From the NCBI GenBank assembly GCA_050084985.1, contig JBITNC010000001.1:157914001-157978000 (forward strand): a stretch of 64,000 bases of DNA. Direction: 5' to 3'. Positions 53,940 through 64,000 of this stretch are shown here, piece after piece. The translations under genes were made by a program, and so were the position numbers. How positions within the stretch are numbered: position 1 is the first letter of the stretch; each line of letters starts with the position of its first letter. Below the pieces are notes generated by a model. It saw only the letters and a program-made list of their open reading frames with translations, was not told the DNA's origin and did not search any database. The stretch is from Nageia nagi. Its lineage: Eukaryota > Plantae > Pinophyta.

Positions 53940-56900
53940 TTCTAAGCTTTAATGATCCATCCTCCAATATTGACCATATGAAGTGCTACCTAATATAACA
54001 TGGATTTTTTCTTAAGAAAATGTTTATTTATTTTCAAGATGAATAGAACTCTAACTCTCAGTCAATAATCTAGTATCCTCCTTCTCCTTACCTAATTATT
54101 TTATTAATACTTGTAACCATGGAATTTTCTTGCTAGCCTTTATAGAAGCCACATACTCTACCTCCATGGTTAAAAGAGAAACAACCTTTTGTAGTTTTGG
54201 AATCCATCTAACTGTTGTTTTACCTACATTGAAAATATATTATGTTGTGCTTATCCCACTATCAATATCACCTACCATATGTAAATCAACATAACCTTGA
54301 AAGCTAGTGTTATAACCTCCAAAAAAATACATAAGTAGTTGTACCTCTCATATACTTGAGAATCCACTCCATTTCTTCCCAATATTCTTTTCTTGGATTG
54401 TTCATAAACCTTCTCACAACTCCCACTACATAGGTTGTATCTGGTCTTCTAAAAACCATAACATACAACAAACTACCAACTACATAAGAATAAGAAAATT
54501 TTAAGAAAATATCCATATTACCCTTGTAATTTAAGGTAATGTCAAAAATACCCTAGTTTATTATTTCACTCTCAATCTTTCTTACCTTAAAATGTTAAGG
54601 ATAGAATCAGATCTAATTAGAAATCATTAATGGAATACTTTTTGAAACTTCAGCATAATAACATGAGGAGCAGTGAGAATATGTGATTCAAGGCTTATCT
54701 CCCAAAGCTTTATGATTTCATAACACCATGATCAAATTGGAGTCAAGGTAAATAATACTCCTCATGAAGGCTACTAACTATAATGTAGTTTAGTAGTTCA
54801 ATGGTTGATTTTGAGCCTAACATATAGATGCTCTCAAGATAAGTAACATGTTAAAGATTTAAAAGAATTTTGGCCACTAATCCTTCCAAATAAGCTACAT
54901 CTAATGTCAATATGACATGTAATGTAAATCATAGATAATTCTCCTTGCATTGAAGCTATGGTAGATTCCTTGGGGAAGCCACACATTCTTTCCCATTACA
55001 AAATATCAAAACTTATTGGAAAATAGGTAGGCTTAATGATCTACCAATAATAAAAGATGGTGAAACAGAGGTTATGTCTAGGGGTATTTTGGATATTTCT
55101 AAAACAGTAAGGGTATTTTTGATATTATATCAAATTTCAAGGGTATTTTAGATATTCTCCCAAAATTTTACCATATACTCTTCTTGCACATGTATCTTGG
55201 GATACATATCCTTGGTTAGTTTGAAATATTTTTCCAAAGGTGTTCTTATCAATTTTACATCCAACATGATAAACCTCTACAACACCTTCTATATTTACTC
55301 AATTCTTCATAAAAAAAGAACTTGCCAAATTTCTTTTGAGTACAATATCATGTATATTAGATCTTACAACAATCATGTCATTTACATACAATAATAATAT
55401 TATATAATGATCATTATATTTCATCCTAAAATAAACACAATGGTTTGAATGACATCTCATAAACCCTTTTTCTATCATAAACTTATCAAATTTCAAGTAC
55501 AATTTCCTTGTAGCTTGCTTAAGTCCATACAGGCTCTTCTTCAACCTACATATAAGATTATCCTTACCCTTGAATTCATACCCTTCTGATTGATGCATAT
55601 AGATTTTCTCATCCAAATCACCATGGAGAAAAATTATCTTAACATCTAATTGTTCAATATGCAAGTCCTCTACTACCACTATACTTAATATAATCCTAAT
55701 GGAATTCATCTTAAAATCAAAGAAAGAATGTCCTCAAAACATATACCTTTCTTTTGTTCAAACCCTTTCACTACAAGTTTATCCTTGTAGCAATTTTGGC
55801 CTCCTACTTCCTCCTTCACCTTGTATACCCAATTTTTATACAAATTTTTCCTTCCTAAAGGTAACTTGCATTAAGAAGTCCATCTCCTCATCTATGCAAA
55901 TCTTCCACTTCTTCACTGTTTCCATCTATATAGCTTCTTCAAAACTTTATAGATCACCAACATCATTATGTACAAAGTATAATAAAGTGAAAGGGAATAA
56001 CAACCATGTGGTATACTTACCCTTATAGATATTCTAACATCACTTGGTGGATTTTTTGGTTCTTGATATGAAAGATTTCCATGAACCTTAGGTATATTCT
56101 TCTCTTTGATATCATCAAATACTACACACTTGGGATCATCCTTCTTTTCCTACAACTTGTCTTTATACATGGAATTTGCATTGAACACCATATCCTTACT
56201 CTTGATGATTTTATAGGTTTCATAATACCATAACCTAGCCTTAACCATCCACACATTATCCAATCAAAAGAACTTTTTGAATTTTGTATCAAGATTTTTC
56301 CTATTTTCCTTATCTATATGTATAAAAGCTTCACACCCAAAAACCTAAGAAAGGAATAATTCATAATTTTACATATCCAAGCCTCTTCCAAAATACCACC
56401 ATATAAAGCACTTACTGGTCCCTTATTTATAAAATAAACAATAATATCAACCCAAAATTGTAAAGGTAAACCTACATACAATCTCATGTGCCTTGCACTC
56501 TCCATAAAAGTCACGTTCATCATCTCAAAAATTACATTCTCTTTATGTGTTCTTGGAATCAATTTTACCCTTCATATTCTATTCAATGAACAATAATTAT
56601 TAAATTATTTATTGTAACACTATTCGATTATCCGATTTGAGATACTTTAACATGTTACTTATCTCATTCTCATCAAGACTTTCTACTTCTTAAAAGTATC
56701 AAATACATCATATTTTATTATAATACAATAAATCTTAGTATTCCTAGTTGCATCACCTATGAAAGTCACATAGTATGAAGAACCACCAAGAGAACTTACC
56801 TGAGTTGGGTCCCATATATTCATGTGCATATGCTATACTTTACCCTTTTTATTTTCTTTTCCAACCTTGAGATATCCAATTCTCTTTTGCTTTCCATAGA

Positions 56901-58901
56901 AATAATTTATACAAAATCCCAAATTAACTTATTTCAAGTTTGGAAACAATTTCCTTGAGTGGATAATTTGCATACCTTTCTCACTCATGTGCCCAAGCAT
57001 GTGATGCCACAAAGTTGCATCCTCATATGCAAAAGCTAAGTCCTTAAAGTCATCAAATGTATTATTAAGAAAATGGAATGTACCAACCATATTACCTCTT
57101 TCTACTACAATAAAATACTTAGCAACCTTTCATTCATGATTACCAAATGTAATTCAAGATTTCCTATTGAAATATGATTTCTCTTCAAATTAGATATATT
57201 TCTAACTTCCTTGAGAAGCCATTGATTCCCAAAAAATAATTTAATCAAACTTTTACCCATTCCTACAATCTTGCATGGTTGATCATTGCCTAATAAAGCC
57301 TATCCAAATTCACCTTGAATATAATCAATGAAGTATTTTACATGAGAAGTTGCATGATAAGAAGTACCAAAATTAATATCCCAATAATCAGTATTCTTAT
57401 ATAAAGATAAAATCAATACATCTTGTAAAACCTCACCTACAATATTTTCTTCTTTATTATTACCTAATTTATCATTTCCTTCTTTTCCATATCCTTTTTG
57501 AGACCAACAATTTTCTGTAGATGCCTTTTCTTCCCACAATACCAACATTTCAATTTACCTTTTCCTCCAAACTTAGATTTACCCTATGATTTCCCATGAT
57601 TTGGACTCTTACATCTCTTCCTCTATATTCCCATATTCTCAATAGTAAAAGTGTACTTAATGTTTTACATGTACTTTTCCATCATATGTCCTTGCTAAGG
57701 ATTATACCCACAACATCATCAAACTTTTACTTGCTAGAATCTAAAGTAGAATTGCTCATGACCATAACCAAGGTATTTCATATTTTTGAAAATGAGCACA
57801 AGATCAATGGAGATATGATTTCATCATCAAAATCTATATCCATTTAATTAAATTGATTAGTTTATATGTTAAATTCATTAAAGTGATTGGTAATAGAACC
57901 ACCTTCAACCATTTGCATATTAAATACATAGTTCATAAGGAATACCTTATTCAAAGCTTAGGTTTTTTCATACAACTTGGCCAATATCTCCATGAAGGAT
58001 TTAGTTATCTTTTATTTGGAAATATTTAAGGAAAACATGGATCCTAGGCATAACCTTATCATACAAAATGTCTTTCTATTGATAAGTTCACACTCATTTG
58101 ACATAGTCATCGAATTTTTTTTTCTTTCGACCCAATGGCCACTAAAGATCCTTTTAACAAAATAATCCTCCATCTACATATTCCAAAGTTGAAAGTTTTG
58201 GTTGTTGAATTTATCAACCTTGAAATTTCCTTCTTCTTTTAATCCTCCCACTCAATCGAGAAAACCTCCTTTTTGTTGAGTACCTAACAAAACAAATACT
58301 CTAATACCAGTTGTTAGGATATACTATATAAAAATATAGTTTGAGAAAATTAATCTATTCTAATCATAAAAGAATAATCAAGTAATAAAATCACATAAAT
58401 AAGAGAAGATAAAGATGTAATATGGTTCATTAAATGTGGGCTATATCCAAAAACACATATTTGGTCCTTGGTATTATCACTATAAGCCATGAAGGGAGCA
58501 AACCTACAACCAACATCATTATACATTCCTTTATAATTTTACAATAATTTCTCTCACAAAAATCTCTCTTACAAATTCACACTATTACACTATGTAAATT
58601 CTACTATTTTTGTCATACACTTATACATTCATCCTCTCATATTTTTCTACTCTCTAGTGGAGTAATTTATAATATTTAGGATACACCACTACATGCAACC
58701 TCTAGTTTTTAAGACTCGAATAACCAAAGACCAAGTTCAAAGTTTTAAAATAGAACACTTGAGTCTTTTGTTTGTGATTGATCAATGTCAAATTAATTGG
58801 GTTTTTGGGTTGATTATCACCAAACTAACTAGGGAGGATTAAGCAACCAATCAAGTTGATTGACTTTGTTGATCTAACTTGTGCATACTGATTACATAAC
58901 A
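53940..58901 (-). mobile_element. Degenerate, 3'-truncated Tnt1/Tork-like Copia element
   Basis: 5' LTR at about 58312-58901; PBS at 58298-58309. gag FKVDKFNNQNFQLW, PR YWDINFGTSYH, LWHHMLGHMSEKGM, INT, RT (EQLDVKIIFLHGDL, LLYVNDM) and RH. No 3' LTR found. Confidence 0.88.
54504..55161. mobile_element. Non-autonomous MULE inserted in the Copia RT region
   Basis: TIRs agaaaatatccatattaccc and gggtattttagatattctccc. Perfect 9-bp TSD aaaatttta (54495-54503 and 55162-55170). Removing it restores EEYMVKFSYSYVVGSL. Confidence 0.9.
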
Positions 58902-60921
58902 AAGAACTATTTTTTATACTTATCCAAATAATTAGCCTCCATATTCAATAATCAACATATTACATATTGATAGGAGATGGGTAGTGGAGCTTAGGATATG
59001 ATTATTCTCTTAAGTGAAAATTATGAAATATTAGATACAACACTCTCATCTTCACACCTTTTGGTATTATGAGGCCTTGTACAATTTGATATATCCTATC
59101 TTAGTTTATCTATCATGCTTTAAAAACATACTTAAATAATATAGGAATAGAATTTAGTTTAAAAACATATTTCAAAGTCTTTAAAATTGTTTAAAAAGTT
59201 CTAAAATTTATCATAATTTTGAGTTTTATTTTGAATAATCATTGCTAAATTACACTAGCATTTTGTTAATCCTTGTTAGAATAACTTTATATTTTATCAG
59301 TTACTATTAAAATACCTTTTTCCTTTCTTATCCTTTGTAAAAATTCCCTTAAGGTTTTGACTACATTTTAAATTATCAACCTAAAACATATCTTGAGCAT
59401 GTATATCATATGGTTTTAACTTGTTTATTATCTAAAAAAATGAACAAAAATTCCCCTATCAGAACCAAATGGAACTTGTTACATCTAATGAGGAACAAGT
59501 TAAAGAAAACTCTCCAATCTTTTCTTTTGAGAGATATTTAGAGTAAAACTAAGTTGCACTCTTTGAATACCTAAATAAGAAGCCCTAAAATCCAAGCTTT
59601 ATAGATCCAAATCTTGTTAAAATAACCTATCCCATCATACCTCAATCAACATATATATCTTATATCCCTTATGCTAAATGTCTCTCAATATTTTCAAATC
59701 ACATATCCAATACCTCAATCATGTTTATCATCATGCCATTACTCCTTTAAAATCTTCAAATCTAATCACCTTTATCCATATCCTATTTCATTTCTTCATC
59801 CAAATCATATTCAAATCCTCCATCATATTTATCCTCTCCTCAATCATATTCCATCCTCATCATATTTAAGCCCCCTATCATATATATCCTCACCATAACC
59901 ATATTCTTCTTAAAAGTTTCAAATTCAAATACATATATCATATCTAATCTCCTAATCATGTATATTTGCATCATATTATTAAATTCATCTAATTCAACCA
60001 TATCCATCTACACCTCCCAAACCATACATCATTATCAAATCACTCATTCCTACTAAAGTATATATCCATCCATCCATCACTACCAAGCGTCCATCTCTTC
60101 CATATCACCCATCCTTAGAAAACCACCAAAAAAACCCACCTATCCTTATAAAACCATCCACTCCCTCTACTTGTCCCCAATAGAGGAGCATAACCTATGC
60201 ACACAAACAATTAAAGAAGCTAATCACCCATTGTTCAAGACACTCCATGCTACCAAATAATATTTCTCCGATGAAGGATATTATTAACCACTTGAGAACT
60301 ATCCATTGGAAGAATCTCATTTAATCAATCCTTTCATCACCAAGGACCATGATTTAAATTCAATGATCAATTTTACCCATCATAAAAAAAATAAAAAAAT
60401 TGATATTTCTTTTTAATCATATTGCCTTTCAAATTTTTAAAAGTTAAATGTGACACTTAATTTTTTTGAGAAGTTAAATGTAACATTTTGGTTTTATTTT
60501 AAAAAATCAAATGTAACATTTTAACATTGAATATTAAACTTTTATTTTTTATATTAATTTTATGATTAATTATTTTCTTCATTGAAATAAATATTATGAA
60601 AAAATATTTAATTTTATTATTATTTATAATAATAGTAATATTTTATTATTGATTATGTTATTTTTTTAATTACGATGAGAGGCATCTTACAATGATAGAA
60701 GGGGGAAGGCAAGGATTCAAATATCTTGATTGTAAATATTTTTTAAAATAAAATAAAAAATATTTATCTAACTTCAAATTTTTTTACCACCATTTTAAAA
60801 TATAAACTACTATAAAAATTATTGATTATTATATTTTAACCCAATAATTGGTATTGTTATGAATGAGGATTTGAGAATAATGTGCGTAAGCAGAAGGAAG
60901 TGTAAAAAATATAGAGCTAAA

Positions 60922-61536
60922 GAACAATATCCATCCTTCTAAATAATCCCCCTACAAACTCTAACATTGTTAGACAATAGATAATCGATAATCATGGGGT
61001 CTAAAAATTTTCTATTATTGGGGATTAAGAAGAGTCGATAGGTGATTCACTTTAGTTTTTTTTTTTTTTTAAAGTAGAATTGCTTTGGTATTCTCTAGAA
61101 CCACCAGGTGATTCTCAATCAATTTTTTTTTGTAAAATAAGATTAACCTACCAACTATCAATTTCATTATCTATGCCATGGTATAGCAGTTAAAATAGTG
61201 GAGTTTAAACTTAATAGCCTAAGTTTAAATCCCACCCAAGCCTTTTGCCTCCTATAATCCCAACACTTAGTCATTTTTTCATATTTTTTACAAGGAGAAT
61301 TGCTTGATGATTCTAGAGAATACCATAATGATTTTAGAGAATACCATGGTAATTCTCCTTGTATTTTTTTTAAATAAGGAGAATCACTTGGTGATTCTCA
61401 GGAATTTTCAGGTAGTTATTCTTAATCTCCAACAACAAAAAATTGTTGGACCCCACCATTGTCAACTGTTTGTTGTCTAACAATATTAGATGTATTAGAA
61501 TTTGTAGAGGGTCATTTAGAAGGTTGGACAGTGCTC
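60922..61536. mobile_element. MITE C (Tourist-like GAGCA terminus) with central tRNA-Gln-like cassette
   Basis: Imperfect TIRs of about 110 bp (gaacaatatccatccttctaaat... versus reverse complement gagcactgtccaaccttctaaat...). Internal palindromic repeats gagaat...gattctc. TSD not clear. Confidence 0.8.
61175..61242 (+). pseudogene. tRNA-Gln-derived sequence (strongly degraded)
   Basis: ccatggtatagcagttaaaatagtggagtttaaacttaatagcctaagtttaaatccc aligns without gaps to tRNA-Gln, mostly through transitions. Confidence 0.55.
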
Positions 61537-62819
61537 ACCAAATAAAGCCAAAGTGGGGAGGGAAAATTAGGAATCAAGATTGAAGTGGTTGTTGAGACTG
61601 GTGAAGACATATCATATCTTTGTAGAATAATTATTTTCCTAAGGGTGTATTTCATATCAACATTCAAATTCCATAAATATATTTGTATGAACCTTCAAAA
61701 ATATGTTTCTTAACCAAGTTTGGCATTCTAATATTAACAACTTATAAGGAGAAATTTGATTTGATATTTTGAATAGTAAATAAAGTCTAGCCATGTCATC
61801 AAGTACCCTCAATTATTCTTTTGATTCTAATGCAGTGCACTCATTTTGTTTCATCTCCATTGACTACATCTGAGTGAAATAAAAATTTAAAAGTTTATCA
61901 ACATGTATCTTTACAAGAAGCAATGATAAAATTTCTAACACATAAAAATGAATTTCAATTTAATTAAAATATCCTTTTAGGTATTCAAAATAATTTATTT
62001 AATTTATTAAATAAATGCTCTTATCATTGTGTACTCTCATATACCTTTATATTTTATGATAATAGCTCGACTCGATATCATAATAAACCTAAGAATGAGA
62101 CTTAACAGTAGACCTATTACCTATAAAGGTGGAGGGGTTGTTCATGATCATAGATATGATATGACATGACATAATCTTGAATCCTTTATATATGGAAATA
62201 TACTTGTGTCATTCTTGATTGGTGTTTCTTAACATCACCTAGCATTTCTAAATTTTGTTATAGTATGAGCTCTTCATTCTTGCAATCTTTCATCCATTCG
62301 TGAGTGATATTATGTGCATCAAAGGTGAAGATGACATTGAACAAAAGGATAAGATATTTTGAAATGATAATTTGGCAATGACATTGGGTTCCTAGCATTG
62401 GTTCTTGATTAAGGTTGGATTTGTGGCTTCATTCTTCAAAGAAGCTCATCACTCATCCTCTTTTGATTGGATATCTCCTTTGATTGTCATAATAGATAAA
62501 ATAAAGGTTTGTAGCTTTCATAAATCTAGTTTGATAGTTCAAGGTTAATTAGGTTATTATCATCTTTCATGCCATATATTTTTTGTTATTTCATGGTTAA
62601 TTGGTTAAATTGAATATTTTGTAAATAACCCTACTTATTATTATTTCAGTTATAATAAGTAGTGAACCCATTTGTATCTTAAAAATTCTAGAATTTTTAT
62701 TTTAAGGCATCATATTTTTGTGGAGTGTTTCATCGTATGTGGTGTAATTTATTTTAATTTTAATTTTCTCTTTAGTTTGATATTTCTCTTAATTTTTGTT
62801 ACTCAATTTTTTTTTGATT

Positions 62820-63340
62820 TGAAGAGGATTTATTTTTGTTGAATTTCATTTTTTAATAAAACCCTTAATTTTGAAGCTTATTTTGATCAATTTGGTGATT
62901 TTTAGCATTGCAAAATTTTTTCCAAACCATAGATAAATGTAATTGGAAGTTTTTTGTGATTTTTCAAGGCTCGAAATTGCATATTTTGATCAATATTGAG
63001 ATATTTTTGCAGAAAAATGTCATATTAAAAAGTATTAAATTTTAAAAATATTTTGCAACTATATGGTGACTTATTTCATGATAAAAATTTACCTAAACAT
63101 TATATATTCATGATAGGCTATTTTTAGAAGGTGAGATTAGGTTTATTTACATGCATTTTTATGAAATGTTGGGTTGAAGATTTTTTTTATGGAATTTCAT
63201 TTTTAAAGAAACCCTTGGATTTTGATGGTCATTTCTTTCAAATTAGTGAGGTTTTATATTGAAAAATTCTACCCTATCCATAGATATATGAGATTGGGAA
63301 ATAAATTTGATTTTTCAAAGTGTAAAATTGCATATTTTCC
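62820..63340 (+). repeat. Diverged duplication with period of about 355 bp in a Gypsy 5' region
   Basis: gaatttcattttt..aaaccctt...ccatagata...aaattgcatattt recurs at about 62840 and 63192. Confidence 0.6.
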
Positions 63341-63539
63341 CTACTAGTTATGTTAAAAACCTTAGGGATTTTGGATAAAACTAATATTGTATCTCAAGTA
63401 TTTCATACAAGGAACTTGTTGAATTTCTTATCATGGTAGATAAATTTGATGACACTACTAAAGCTAATTTGAAGAATATGATTTAGGGTGATAATGGAGA
63501 TACATAAAGTAGAGGAGTTCCAACCGAGTTAAGGGATTA

Positions 63540-64000
63540 AAATCCCTTATGTGATGATATCAGAAATGAAAAGGTAGTAGACCTTAAAGTAGAACAAATT
63601 TTGATACATATTCAGGAGAAGGTGACCCTATGGCTCATGTCAAGGCTTTCAACATGAAGTTTTAATTAAGGTTTGGATTAAATGATAATTTAACGGCCAA
63701 ATATTTTCCAACTACCCTTTGAGGTGATGCTTTAAATTTGTACTTATCTTTTCCCCCTAAGTCAATTAATACTTATGGACATCTCATATATAAATTTTAT
63801 ATGCATTTCAAGCATCATACTCCTATAAAAGTTATTATTTATGATTTGATATATACTAAGAAAAAATCAAATGAGAGATTAGAAAAGTATGTCAATTGGT
63901 TTCAAAAGACTTGGAGTATGTTAAAATAAACTTTGTTTGAAGTCCATGTGATTGCTATATTTGTTGAAAATATTTTTCCTAAATTGAATTTTATAGCTAT
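63540..64000 (+). mobile_element. Gypsy gag remnant running off the window
   Basis: FDTYSGEGDPMAHVKAF...AKYFPTTL*GDALNLYLSFPPKSINTY...NERLEKYVNWF. Confidence 0.75.

Noticed and set aside
59620-60130. His/Pro-rich ORFs as a host gene
   Set aside because: Low-complexity, G-poor sequence with stops, probably a decayed retroelement.

Overview
This window is very AT-rich, CpG-depleted plant intergenic DNA (probably a large-genome gymnosperm; inference) with no intact host gene. It is a nest of transposons. (1) A young, full-length but frameshifted Ty1/Copia element (5571-14194; 490-bp LTRs about 98% identical; CCTAT TSD). Its 2.9-kb 5' leader carries an antisense SABRE/KIP coding fragment and a TATA plus Pro-rich mini-gene. 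(2) A pol-less Gypsy element (36275-51987) with gag and an antisense, intron-containing PMD gene. A chromoviral Gypsy element (38980-44720) and a solo LTR are nested in it. (3) A truncated minus-strand Tnt1-like Copia element interrupted by a MULE. (4) An L1 LINE with no visible RT and an extra downstream ORF. (5) A PPR / proteasome alpha-3 (PAC1) / PPR pseudogene mosaic split by the large Gypsy insertion. (6) SINE heads and several gag/protease remnants. The most unusual pattern is three MITE-like elements with different TIRs (about 20.2, 21.5 and 60.9 kb), each with a tRNA-Gln-derived cassette at its centre. All calls come from reading the sequence by eye; protein identities rest on recalled motifs, and boundaries of degenerate elements are approximate.
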